Assembly (NCBI RefSeq): GCF_018350175.1
Contig: NC_058382.1
Span: 58,034,001 to 58,098,000 of the forward strand
Reading direction: 5' to 3'
DNA from: Felis catus
Taxonomy: Eukaryota
Length of the DNA stretch: 64,000 bases
A program made the position numbers and the translations under genes. Below the pieces are notes generated by a model. It was not told the origin of the DNA. It made no database searches and saw only the letters and a program-made list of their open reading frames with translations. Positions 11,101 through 22,672 of the stretch are shown here, one piece after another. Within the stretch, counting starts at the first letter, position 1. Each line of letters begins with the position of its first letter.

Positions 11101-11781
11101 CTGCAGGCAGCGTGGCCTCAGGGCTGGTCCTCTCACCACTTTGCTGTGTGCCCTGGGGCCCGCCCCGCTGGGCCTCGGGTCCTGTGCGAGCAAAATGGAT
11201 TGCAGGGGGTTGGGCAGGACGGCGCGTCTCCTGCCCCTCCCGGCAGGTGCGTGCCTGCCCTCCGCTGTGGCCTTCCTCCGGCTCAGAAACACGCTGTTGT
11301 GCTTTTTAAGGTGCCCCGGCGCGGGAGAAGGCCCTGCGGGTCAGCGGGCTGGGAGCACAGAGGATGTGCCCGACAGGTCCTCTGTAACTGCAGGATGACT
11401 CCTGGCATGTAATCACAGCGTGCGGCGCGGGGACAAAGAACATGGCAGCGGAGAGAGATCAGACGGAGAGCAGGCGGGAGAGGGCAGGGGTGGGCGGGAG
11501 CCGGGCCAGAGCCCCCGCGTCCGTCCGCTCTGCCCCGTGCCCTCCCCTCTGCTCCTGCCCAGACGCCTCATCCCCAGGCAAGCAGCCCCTCCCCGGCCCC
11601 CAGGACTCCGTTCTCGAAGCCCTGGTCTCTCACGTGCGCCAATTGAGGGATGTGCCGGCTTGACGGTTCTCGGGGACGAGCCGGCGAGGGGGAGGCGGGG
11701 GTCCGCGGACTGGATGTCAACCCAGGGGAGGGTCGTGGTCTGCGGCCTGCTGGGATCGCAAAGGGGAAAGTGGTCGCTTCT

Positions 11782-11985
11782 GGGGCGCCTGGGGGGCTCA
11801 GTCGGTTTGGGAACCCGACTTGGGCTCGGGTCACGATCTCGCGGTCCGTGAATTCGAGCCCCGCGTCGGGCTCTGTGCTGACAGCTCGGAGCCTGGATGG
11901 AGCCCGCTTCGGATTCGGTGTCTCCCTCTCTCTGTCCCTCCCGCCCCCCCCCCCCAAAAATAGATAAACAGTAAAAACAAATTTT
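11782..11985 (+). mobile_element. CanSINE (felid type)
   Basis: GGGGCGCCTGGGGGGCTCAGTCGGTT...GTCACGATCTCGCGGTCCGTGAATTCGAGCCCCGCGTCGGGCTCTGTGCTGACAG, A-rich tail. Confidence 0.95.
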
Positions 11986-12204
11986 AGCAAGTAGTCATCC
12001 AAATAGGTGGACGTACCTATGCCAGGTGATCAGTGATGCCATCACCAGGTGTGACGAATGACGTCACGGGCCCCCTGATGTCACACGCTGAAGGACACAG
12101 TGTCGCCTCTGGGCTCTTGCCGCCCACCGTGGCCCGTTTGATTAAGCAGGGTGCTTCCTGAGCTCGCGGACTCTGCCCCGGGAGGGGGTTCCGGCCAGCC
12201 TCTC

Positions 12205-12315
12205 ACCCCTCGGTGAGTCTGTGCACCAGCAGCACGGCCTCCCCAGAGCTTGTAAGAAATGCAGAGTCCCGGCCCCGGCCCCAGAACAGAACCTGCGCTC
12301 TGAGAAGACCCCTGC
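12205..12315. mobile_element. MER5-family hAT MITE fragment
   Basis: ACCAGCAGCA...GAGCTTGTAAGAAATGCAGAGTCCCGGCCCCGGCCCCAGA. Confidence 0.55.
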
Positions 12316-13039
12316 CCCCTGCGCGCCCCACACACCGTAGAGGCCGCCGTCCCGCTCTCGAGAGCTGTCACGCATCTTCCACACCTGGGAGTGCGTGGTT
12401 TTGATCCCCTTTGAGTCTCGACGTCGCGAGCAACCTCGCGGGAAAGCAGAACATCAGGGCACGACCCTGGCAGGGGAGAAGCGGACGGGGAAGCCGAGGG
12501 CTGTTGGGGTGAGGCCGGTGATCTGGGAGACTGGGGGGTTCCCTGGACTCTTGGGGCACAAGAGCCGAGCGTCCTGACGAACCCCAGAACCCCGCCTCGC
12601 TCGCCCGGGAGGAGTCAGCAGACCCCCCCCCCCCCCCGGCGACAGAGACCAGCCGAGGCAGAGGGCTCGCTCCCCCGAGCTCGTTAGCAGGGAACACAGT
12701 GGCCACTTGGTATTTTCCAAGGGCGGGTTCGGGGGGTCAGCCCGCCCGTTGGCACAAGTGCTCCGTCTCTTTGCCAAGTGACTCATTCGAAACGGGAACA
12801 TTTATTGGAGGGAACGTGGGACAGTGGAGGTCTGGAAGGTGAAATGGGGGTGTCTGTGTCCACATTCCCGGCCGGTACGTTGTCTCCCCAAAAGTCCCTG
12901 CCGTCCTCCAGCTCGCTGAGCCGGGGACTTGGCGCCCTGGGGTGTCCGTCCACGAGGTGGGCTTCCAAATGCTGGGCTCTGCACCGGGAGACCCCCGTCC
13001 CGACAATACGTTATTGTGGAGCGCCTGGCCCGGAAGGCT

Positions 13040-13170
13040 GGGTCCTGTTATCATAAATTAAGAGCAGGCACGTCTGAGCTGTAATAATCATCATGAGGAG
13101 TTCTCGGGCTTGCCAGAAATTATTTGGCGCTGAGGTTTACATATCTACTGGTCCAAGTGCCCGACAGCTT
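13040..13170. promoter_or_regulatory. Candidate enhancer
   Basis: CATAAATTAA 13052, TAATAATCA, GTTTACA (FOX-like) in non-repeat DNA. Confidence 0.4.
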
Positions 13171-13192
13171 CAGATCGGATCGCGCGTGCGTG

Positions 13193-13194
<2 letters not shown>

Positions 13195-13224
<30 letters not shown>
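13195..13224. repeat. (TG)15 microsatellite
   Basis: Read directly; preceded by CGCGCGTGCGTGC. Confidence 0.97.
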
Positions 13225-13228
<4 letters not shown>

Positions 13229-13899
13229 GAAAGCTGAAAGATTGAGGGGCTATTTGAACATCTGTTGTGGCATCACTTGGGAAGTTTAAAGCCGGGCGAG
13301 TTTGTGTGATCAGCCAGAGGGGGATGTTTTATTCCCTGCGTAGGGAGTTAAAAAAAAAAAGCCAACCAACAAGTGAGTGCTTTCCTGGTCCCTGGGTGGG
13401 GGTCTCGGGGTCTCTCGGGGGCCGGGACACAGAAGCAGTTCCTCCTGAGGATCGGCTGTGGCAAAATGTTCTCCCACCTGGAAGGGCAGGGGGCTGCGGG
13501 CTCGGGGGTCCCCTCCACCTCGCCCCGTCCGCACACCCGGCTCTCGACGCCTCTGGTCCCCTCCCCCCCGCGTCTCGGGGGACGGGGACAGCAGATGAGT
13601 GTTCTGCGGTATCACTGAGAACTCTGGCTTGTGCGAGGGACCAGCTGGAGGCAAGCGCTGGGGTCTGTGGGAGACAGATGGCTCTGTCAGATTTGGCTCC
13701 CGGAAACTGTGCAAGACAGGTGACACTTGGCGGGGCTGCGGAGGCCTGGGCTCCCAGGGTGGCCTTGGAGGCCGACTCGGTGGGGCCAGAGAAGCAGGAG
13801 AGTGGGGGGGACCTACTGCCTGCCTGCACTTTGCACCACACACTCCGGGATTTTGTGGGAGGACCTTGGAGCTTCATGACCACTCGTGATCTCACGGCA

Positions 13900-14381
13900 T
13901 CCCATGAGGCCTTTAGTGGTCGGCCATACCCCCACCTCCGGCCGGATCTCCTCCCCTTACTCCGTTCTAGCTCAGCTGTCTTCTTGATGGTCCTCCCTGA
14001 CACCACCCGTGTTGCCACCCCAGGGCCTTTGCACGTACGGTTCCCTCTGCCTAGAATGCTCTTCCTCCTAATATCTTCGTGGCTCACTCCCTCACTGCCT
14101 CCGGGGTCTTTCCACAGTTGTTGCCTTCTTTGTAGGGCCTGTCCTAACCACCCTCTGGAAAGTTCTAGCCCCCCAGCTTGACAGCCCCCCACCCCAAGTG
14201 CTATTTTTCTCCTTTACTTGTGTTGCTGGCACGTAGTTTTACTTGTTTGGTGTCTGTCTCCCCGACTCCACTGAGACCTAAGTCAGCCCCCCATAAGCCC
14301 CAGGTTGGCCCGCTTTGTTCATGCCTAGACCAGTGCCTGGCACACAGTAGGCGCTTAATAAATATTTGTGGAAGGAAGGAA
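13900..14381 (+). mobile_element. L2 3' end
   Basis: CAGGGCCTTTGCAC...TTCCCTCTGCCTAGAATGCTCTTCC and terminal CAGTGCCTGGCACACAGTAGGCGCTTAATAAATATTTG. Confidence 0.88.
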
Positions 14382-14437
14382 TTCAGGTCAGTGAGAAAGC
14401 AGTGCTCCCACTGCCCGCTTTGGGGCACAGTTTTAAA

Positions 14438-14598
14438 TTTTTTTTTTTAATTTTATTCATTTTTGAGAGAGCATGAGCAGGGGAGGGGCAGCGAGAGAGA
14501 GAGAGAGAAACAGAGAGAGAGAGAGAGAGAGACAGAATCCAAAGCAGGCTCCAGGCTCGGAGCTGTCAGCACAGAGCCTGATGCGGGGCTCGAACCCA
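14438..14598 (-). mobile_element. 5'-truncated CanSINE with (GA)n
   Basis: Poly-T, GAGCATGAGCAGGGGAGGGGC, (GA)n, GCAGGCTCCAGGCTCGGAGCTGTCAGCACAGAGCC. Confidence 0.93.
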
Positions 14599-15916
14599 GG
14601 AGGGCTTCCCAGAAGAGACGGCGTTTGAAGGAAGGCCGGCCAGGGCGCTCCAGGACGAAAGGAGACCAGATGAATCATTCGAGGAATCTCAACGGCGCTT
14701 ACAACACTGACACCGCCGTCCCCTCCCACGTGGGACCGTAGTCCGGTGACCCGCCCAGACTCCCAGGCCTCCTCTCCTCCCGTGACCGTCATTCCTCGGA
14801 GCCCATAAGGCTCTCTCCTCCTTCGGGAGGTCGGGGATCGATTTCCGGAAACAGCCAGCAGTGGTTGCTGACGAGCCGGGGATACACCAGCTTGTGGGGG
14901 CCACGTGGAGAAAAGCCAAGAAGCAAATGTCAACCGATGAGGCTCCTTCTCTGGGGTGACCCCCCAACCGGCTTCCAAGGCAGAACCCAGAGAGGAAATA
15001 CCGAAAGGGGTGAGGGAGGCCCGACTGTCCGAGAGCTGCGAGCGGGAGGTTTGCCAAGGACGCAGCCGTCGGTCATGCGCTCGGCACAGGCCTGATGACC
15101 CTCTGGAACGGTGGCAGGCTGAGCAGGCTGTCTCCTGTTCACCCACAAGCCCTTTCCCGAAGCTTCTTTGGAGGCTGCTGCTGACCCACTGAGACCTCCC
15201 AGCCCCGCTGAAGCCGCGATGCAAGATACAGCAAGACGAGGTGGGAGGAGGGGCCGGGAGGGAGCACTGACTCCCGCGGGGCCAGACGTGACAGCTGCTG
15301 AGGGCTGCGCATGGGTCGGGACTGGAGAGGTTTAGGTGCGGTGGACGGGTCCCCCTGGGGTCCCCACCCATCAGAGCCCCCCCCCCCCGCCACGTACACG
15401 CGTGCGTGAAAGCTCCAAGCCACTCATTCCTGTTTCCTGAAGGGACACTTTGCAGAAGGGGCCCCGAGGCCATCCCTGTTCATTGCCCCTCCAACTCCTC
15501 ACCGGGAGACAAGTCAAACCCGGAGCCGGCCTGGGCCCCGGGGTCTCCCGCCCGGCGGGCCTCAGGCCCCCCGCCTTTCACAATGGCCTTTCACGGCGGT
15601 TCCAGCAAGGGGGGAGTGGGCGGGCTGTGGCCGGGACCGGAGGAATGAGGCGGGGACGTGCCCGCCCTGCCGTCAGCGGCTGGCAGACAGAGGCCACCGG
15701 GACGCAGCGCAGGGCGGCAGCGGGCAGGTGGGAACGTGAACAAGTCCCTTCCTGGCCTGCCCTCCCTCCGGCGGGCCCAAGAGCCGGCGCCCGGCCCCGC
15801 CAGTGCTGGCCGAGGGTCTCCAGGTGACGTGGGGGCTCTGTGTCGCCCGCTGTCCCTGCCGGGCCGGTCTGGCGGGCACGCGCAGTGCCGGCACCCAGGA
15901 GCTGAGCGTGCGGGTC

Positions 15917-15985
15917 GCTGTGTGACCTGGGCGAAGCCTTTAACTTTTCCGAGCCTCGGTCGTCTTCATCTGTAAAATGGGAGGG
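15917..15985 (+). mobile_element. MIR core fragment
   Basis: GCTGTGTGACCTGGGC...GAGCCTCGG...TCATCTGTAAAATGGG. Confidence 0.85.
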
Positions 15986-17304
15986 TTGCCTGGTTCTTAC
16001 GAAGGTGCCGAGCAGCTGTCCGATGCTTACCGAGTCGCTGGGGAGGCGGCCTCCGAGCCTGGGCCTGCACAGGGGGAAGGGATGGGGCCCCCGGCGGGAC
16101 GTAGGAGAAAACGCAAGCCAGCGCTCCCTCTCCCCGCGATGGCCGAGGGCCCCTGAGCCCCAGGGTGGGGCGCCCCGACTTCCCCTCCAGCGAGGATGCT
16201 TGCTGACCCGGCTGGTCACCGGCTTGTGTGCGCGTCTTCGCGGTGCCTTCTCTGGTGAAGCTGGAGGAGGCCGCGCTTGGGGGACCCGGCCAGGAGCAGG
16301 GGGTCTCAGGGTGCAGTACCCCGGGGCAACAGGCCCCCTCTGGAAGGTGGGCTGGGGCTCAGGCCGGCCCGCGTGCCGCACCTGAAGGCCTCCTTCCTGC
16401 CCTTGTGCCCAGGCACGGCGCCATTAGCCGGCCCCAGCTCGTCCCGGCTGGCCCGTCTCCGGTACTCCCCTTGCTGACCTCCGATCACGCCTCCTTGTCC
16501 ACTTTACGTCCCTGACCTGACGTGCCCTCACCTGGCTACCCACCCAGGAGCACGACGCCCTCGGGGATCCTTCTCCAGCGAGCACCACCTTGGTCTGGGC
16601 CTTTCCGTTCGGCGCTGATCGCGTCCTGCCTTACGCGGTTGACCGAAACGTCAACGGGTCTCTTTCCTGCACCTGAACGCCTCTGGAGAGCCAAGGAACG
16701 TGCTTAAGACCTCTGTCAGTCGGTGGGCACTCTGTTTGTGATTTGGGGGCTGCCGTGTGAGGTTGTGCTGGTGCCACACTGCACAAGGATATCAACTGCC
16801 ATCCAGCCTCTGAACGGCACACCGGGCCACGTGTCCTGGAGCAGGAAGGCACCTCTCTCTAACTTAAACCTCTGGCTTACACCTGGCTCCTCTTTTGGAT
16901 CATAATCTACTGCTAAGCGGCTCTGCGTAAAAACTTGGTGGGGGCAGAGGCAGACAGAAAAGAAGAAAGGATGGCGGTCCCTTGCTTGCCGCCCCGTAGG
17001 CTCTGAGGTGCCTTTTCGTTTGTCCCGCCGACCAGATGGCCAGGAAGGGCTGCGTCCTAGACTTGTCTGCCCCTCCCACGGCTGCCGGGCCAGTGTAGGG
17101 ACCCCTGCCCAGCCTCCCTTCGGGAGGACGAGCCGGGCAGTGTGGGCTCGCGACTCCGGGGAGGGAAGCGGGGAAGCGTTTCTTCACCGTCAGACCCAGA
17201 GCTGCTCGGCTCAGAACAGGGGCTGCTGGCCCCCCGAAGAACCGCAAGAACAAGGCCCTGACGCGACGCGTCCCGTGCACACGCAGGGCCTCTAGGGACT
17301 CAAG

Positions 17305-17430
17305 AACCCTCACCACAGCCCCGTGGGGTAGTTGCTAGCATGATCCCAGTTTCACAGTTGGGGAAACTGAGGCCCCGAGTGGGTCTGTCGCTCAGCAGAC
17401 TGGGTCACCTGGCTGTAGAACCCAGGCCAG
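17305..17430 (-). mobile_element. MIR fragment
   Basis: ATCCCAGTTTCACAGTTGGGGAAACTGAGGCCC. Confidence 0.75.
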
Positions 17431-18146
17431 TGAGGCGTCCGGGACCCCCAAACCCGCCTGGAGCTTGGGTGAGGAGGGGTGGGGAGCCGCAGCCACTGCC
17501 CCCCCCCCGCCCCTCCCCTGCCCTCTCGGCCCTGTCCGGCTCCTGCCGTATTTTCCGTCCTTCCTGAAGCAGTCAGGCGGCGCCTTCTGGATTCTTCCCT
17601 TCGTTCGAGCAGACCTGTTGCCACCCTGGAGGAGAGCACCGCCCCGCCCCGCCTCCCGCGTGGCCCCTGAGCGCTCCCCCGGTGTGAATGTGGCGCTGTT
17701 TGCCCTCGGAGGGCAGATGTGCCCGCAGGCCCAGGGCCACGGCTCAGGCTCGCGGTGTGTGGCCTCGTCCCAGCCCTTCCCCGCCGAGCCAGCCCCAGCT
17801 GCTGACTGCGCCCCTGACCCCGGGAGCCCCTCCCCATGCTGTCCTCGCCCTGCAGAAGGCTGGGGGTGGAGGTCAGGGCCGGCACGGCCGTCCATTGGCA
17901 AGACGCGACAGGCCGCTCTGTGGGGTCATTAAACTCCCGGCCGGGCTCTGCCCTCCTCCCTCCCAAGCCCAGAACACACTTCCTTGTCACTCTGACCACA
18001 AAAGGCTTTTATTTCCCTCCATCTTTTATTGGCACTGACTCTGCGTTGCCGGGGTCAGGCTGCGGGGACTTAGGCAGGAGTGACAGGCCTGCTCTCGACC
18101 CTCAGAGCCCAGTAAAGAGGCCGGAGGTAAACAGAGCAACCCCCCT

Positions 18147-18347
18147 CTGGGGGGCTCGGTCGGTTAAGCGTCCAACTCTCCGTTTCGGCGCGGGTCGCGA
18201 TCTCGCGGCTCTCTCGTGGTTCTCGTGGCCCTGCACCGTCAGCTTGGGATTCTCTCTCCCTCTGTCCCTGCCCTTCCCCTGCTCGTGCGCACACGCTCTC
18301 TCTCTCTCTCCCTCCCAAAATAAATAAGCATTTAAAAAAAAAAAAAA
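18147..18347 (+). mobile_element. CanSINE
   Basis: GGCTCGGTCGGTTAAGCGTCCAACTCTC, GCTTGGGATTCTCTCTCCC, (CT)n, AAAATAAATAAG, poly-A. Confidence 0.92.
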
Positions 18348-18394
18348 GAATATCCTCAGCCTGGGAAGTGCCATCGTCCCACATCTGTGGCTGG

Positions 18395-18500
18395 TTGCTG
18401 TGCCTCTGCAGGGAAGCTACTCAACCTCTCTGGGCTTTGAGTTCTCATCTGGAAAACAAGGCTTCTCTCGTGAAGAAGTTTTTGCGTTTGCGTACAAATA
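18395..18500 (+). mobile_element. MIR fragment
   Basis: AAGCTACTCAACCTCTCTGGGCTTTGAGTTCTCATCTGGAAAA. Confidence 0.65.
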
Positions 18501-18929
18501 GCATTGTTTTCTGTTCTGTTTTTTCATCAGCTCCATTGGGGTATAACGTGCAACAGGGCGTGGGTTCCTGGCACGCCTGGCCCCCAGCACCTGCCTCTGG
18601 GTCTGCGGTGTCCTCTCAGCGACTCATGTGGGTCTGGCCAGCCCTTTGTCCCAGCCGCGGGGTACCCCGTGTGTGACATCTCGTCCCTGGCGCTCTGCGC
18701 TCACGCAGGAGACATCCTGGGGGGGGGGTGGGGGGGGGGGCTGAATTTCTGGGGGACTTTGCCAAACCGGTTGCATTGGCCTCTCCTCTTCCAGGAGGGT
18801 GGGAGACGGTCCAGGCCACGTCCTCACCATTGTTCACCCTCAGCGTTGGGCACTGGGACTGGAGGGCGGGCCCCGTCCCCGTCTGCAGGTGGCAAGAATA
18901 TTTCCTTGGGCAACGTCCGGTCATCTGCA

Positions 18930-19052
18930 GGGCATGACGAACGTCCCCGTGAAACGTAGTGGCTTAAATCAGCCTGCATTTCACCGTGACCTCCCAGCTT
19001 CTGGAACCTGACTGGGCTCAGCAGGGGTTGGCGCTCAGGGTCTCTCATGCGG
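18930..19052 (-). mobile_element. MLT1 (MaLR) LTR fragment, MLT1H/I-like
   Basis: TAGTGGCTTAAA...GACTGGGCTCAGC...GGGTCTCTCATGC. Confidence 0.6.
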
Positions 19053-19469
19053 CCAGGCCTGGGGGGGGGGGGGGGGGGGACCGATCTTAGTGAGCGGAGA
19101 GCGGCGTTTGTAAAGCCCTCCCGTGTCCATCTAAGGCCATTTTCATTTTCAATCGCACCTCATTCGTCACCACCCGATGGGGAGCCCCGTCGCCAAGGCT
19201 CCGCCGGCATCTTTGAGATTTGTAGTCCCTTCTCTCCCTCTGTCGCTGGCACCCTGGGGGTTTTGTCATCACCCCCAGAGCTCATTTGGGGGAGCCCTGT
19301 GACTTGGAGGTAAATCGCTCTCCTGCATCTAGAAACACAGGGACAAAAGTGAGAAACGGGCCTGGTCCCTTTGAGCTCGGTTCAAGGACTGCATCCCGTG
19401 AGCTCACGTCAGGACGGGCCACGCACAGGAGGCGAGAATCTCCTTCTCCAGGGGGGCCTGGATGCCATG

Positions 19470-19800
19470 TGCCCCTCAAACTGTAAGGCAACTCACGTCC
19501 CCTGGGATCTCGTTAGAAAAAGTGGATTCTGGGGGCGCCTGGGTGGCTCAGTCGGTTAAGCGTCCGACTTCAGCCAGGTCACGATCTCGCGGTCCGTGAG
19601 TTCGAGCCCCGCGTCGGGCTCTGGGCTGACGGCTCGGAGCCTGGAGCCTGCTTCGGATTCTGTGTCTCCCTCTCTCTCTGCACCTTCCCCACTCACGCTC
19701 TGTCTCCCTCTGTCTCAAAAATAAATAAACATTTAAAAAAATTTATAAAAAGCAGAGTCTGATTCCCCTGGTCTGGGTGGGCCGGGGACCCTGCAGGTCC
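19470..19800. mobile_element. MER5A-like MITE split by a CanSINE
   Basis: CCTGGGATCTCGTTAGAAAA [SINE] GCAGAGTCTGATTC...GGTCTGGGTGGGCC. Confidence 0.55.
19532..19746 (+). mobile_element. Full-length felid CanSINE (SINEC_Fc type)
   Basis: GGGGCGCCTGGGTGGCTCAGTCGGTTAAGCGTCCGACTTCAGCCAGGTCACGATCTCGCGGTCCGTGAG...; degenerate TSD AAAAAGTGGATTCTG / AAAAAGCAGAGTCTG. Confidence 0.97.
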
Positions 19801-22247
19801 GGCAGCTTTGGGGACAGAGCCGCCGCTGGCTTGTGGAGGGCTTGCTCTCCGAGGTCAGGAGCCTAGACCTGTTTTCTGCCGCCTCCTCCGAGATGTCCCC
19901 AGGGGACACACCCAGGGTGTCCAGGAAGACACAACTTTTTCTCTCCACCCCTCCAACCTGGTGACCTTCCAGGGTCTCCCAGCTCAGCCAAGGCGTCACC
20001 CCTGCCCACGTCCAGCCCATCCATCACCCGCCCGCCCTGGTGATTCCAGAATGTTCCTGAGTCTCTCCTTCACGCCCCGTCTCTGCCACAGCTGTGGTTC
20101 CAACCGTACCTGCCCAGGGACTCCCGCCGAATCTTGGCCAGAACACTAGCAGGCAAGATGTCACCCCGGATGGTCGGAGATTCCCCCCTCAGAGTCCCCT
20201 AGGGGGCGGGGCCGTGGGCAGCAGCCCCCAGGACTTCTGTGCTCGGGCCCCGGCGTACCCTCCCGTGGCGGGTGGACCGGCACGTTTGCATTTTCACTGC
20301 TGTTGTCCGGGGGCAGGGGTGGGTGGGGTGGGGTTGCACCTGCCTGAGCGTCCCCGACGTGGGCCTGTAGACCCCCGAGGGGTGCGTGGGAGCCCCGCTG
20401 TGATGTCCCAGGAGAGGACTTTCCCGCAGGTCCCAGGCGGGGGCCCGCCTCAGCGTGGAAATGGGAAGCGGGGAGAGGTGCCAGGGCCCTGCGGTAGGTG
20501 CCAGACTCCTCACCCCGTAAGGGGGGTGAGTGGTAGTTCTTACGAGGGGCAGGGGAAGCGTCCTGGCGGGATTGATTCCGTGGGTGACGGGGGGTCGTTC
20601 GCAGCTTTGACAGTCAGGTCACACCTGACTTCTTCCCATAGACACCTCTGAGTCACCCGCGGAGCGGTCAGCAGGGGCGCTTAACGGCACGGCCCCCACC
20701 TGCTCTCACACTCCCCCCGCAGACCCTGCCCGAGATGGCGGAGGAAGGCGCTGAGACCCGCTTCCGGGGCCGCCCCTCGGGGACCCTGCCTTGAGCTCAG
20801 CCGATCAGGATCCCCTCAGCCCGGGCACTGGCGCCCTGTGGCCGCTTCACAAGTGCCCCCGACCTTGCCGGCTAAACAACACACCCTGAGTCGCCTGCAG
20901 CCCCGGAGGTCAGCGGTCTGACGCAGGTCTCGCTGGGCTGACCCCAAGGTGTGGTTCCTGGAACCCGCTTCCTGGCCTCCAGCTCCCGGCCGCTCCTTCT
21001 TCCAAGCCCGAAGCCCGGTGGCTGACCAGCGGCCCGGAGGCCCCGGGGACCCTCCCGCCCTGAGAAGGGGGTGGGGGCTGGCTGTGAACCTGCCACCCAA
21101 GGACCGAGGGAGCCCCGAGCCAGGGGTGGCCTGGGGTGGTGCCCAGGGCCGATGAGGCAGAGATCCGACCTTAGGTGAGTACCTTCTGTTTCTCAAGGTC
21201 GACGGGCCTGAAGAGCGTCTCTGTGGCACCTTGCGGCCAGCCTGGGCAGCGGGACCTCCTGGGATAGAGATCCCACCAAACACCAGGAAGTTGCCCTTGG
21301 GGTCTGGAACACCCTCTTCAGCTGGCTGATGTCCTTGGTCTGTGTGAAAGGGTCCCTGGGAGGGACATTGCTTTGTCCAGCCCTGACGAAAGAGACCTCA
21401 TAATACTGTCAAGTAATTAAACGGATTCAGGCCCTGCTGATGGAAGGGCTTGGGTGTGGACACTCCACTGCGGGTGGTGAAGAGCCCACAGGAGGGGCTC
21501 AGGGGGAGTCTAGGTATTTTCGTACGTGGCGTTGGACAGTTTTCCTTCTTGGCTGTCAAGGCCAGTCCCCTCCCCCACCAGTACCTATGGCTGTAGGCAC
21601 CCCCTCATCTCTCCGTGTCTTACCGACATTCCACGGCCAGCCCCGCACCCTCCCACCGTGCGGCTTTACCTTCTGGTCAGTGAGTTCGTTTAGTGGACGT
21701 GGACCGTGCTGGTAAAACAATCAGACCTCGCCTTGGTGCGCTCATCTTTAGGAAGGAAAATGCGTTTGGGGTTGACCTGGCAAACCGAGGAAATAGGCGG
21801 GCCAAACAGCACCTTGGTGCTTAACAGCCTCGGTCCTGAATGTCAGCAGGTGCTGAGTCTGCTCTGCGGCAGAGCAGAATTCCCGTGTCGATCTGGGAAT
21901 TGGCTGGTCTTCGGGGCAGAAAGCTGCTGGGGGGCAGAGCTGGGGGCAGAACCCAGGTTCCTGGGTCCCGGGCTGCCGTGCTCGTCCCGTCGGGCCTCCC
22001 TGGGTACCCCCAGCCAGCAGCCCTCACCTGGCCGCTGAAGTTGCGTCCTTGACCACGTCAGGTGGTGAGGTCGGGCGACTTGCCCGGGGCTGCGGGGAAT
22101 GTCCTAGAGCAGGGCTGCGTTCTGGCATCCGGGGAGCTTGCTCTTGCTTTCAGGGTTCAAGGGCAACGTTTTCCATCGGAGACCTCTGGCCTGCGCCTTC
22201 CGGCACAGAAACGAAAATGGTTTTCGATGTTCTTGACCATGTTGCTT

Positions 22248-22672
22248 TCTATCGTATTAAGGTACATATATACCATAAGGTTTGCGATTTTAACCATCAC
22301 GCGTAGTTTGCGGCCTTAGGTGCCTTCACGGCCTTGCGTCGTCACCACCCCTGTTTCCAAGACTTTTTCATCTTTGCAAACGGAAACTGGCCCCATTCAG
22401 TGATGACCTCCCCCCGCTCCCCCACCGCCAGCTGCCGGGAACCTCTGCTTTCGGTCTCTGTGACTCCGCCTGTTCTGGATATTTCGTTTCGCAGAATCTC
22501 ACGATATTTGTGCTTTTGTGTGCGGCCTCTGTCCCCTCAGCGTGGTGTTTCTCAGACTCGTCCCGTTGAGCCTGTGTCGTCCGGACGTTATTACTCTTCA
22601 CGGCTGAGTAATAGTCCATCGTGCGGCTAGACGCGATTTGTCGACCCGTCGTCTGTTACGGATTGCGTTTTT
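22248..22672 (-). mobile_element. L1M (L1MB-like) 3' fragment, GC-shifted
   Basis: TTTTAACCAT, TTCCAAGACTTTTTCATC, CTGTTCTGGATATTTC, GGCTGAGTAATAGTCCAT are reverse-strand L1MB 3'UTR motifs. Confidence 0.82.

Noticed and set aside
13267..15473. 304-, 287- and 338-aa ORFs
   Set aside because: They run through L2 and CanSINE sequence and are open on both strands, so they are artefacts
15500..16450. CpG-island promoter
   Set aside because: CpG density is elevated across the whole window, including old repeats, so it does not single out a promoter here
19532..19610. tRNA-like A/B box sequence
   Set aside because: It is the tRNA-derived head of a CanSINE, followed by the SINE body and tail; the same applies to the other SINE and MIR heads
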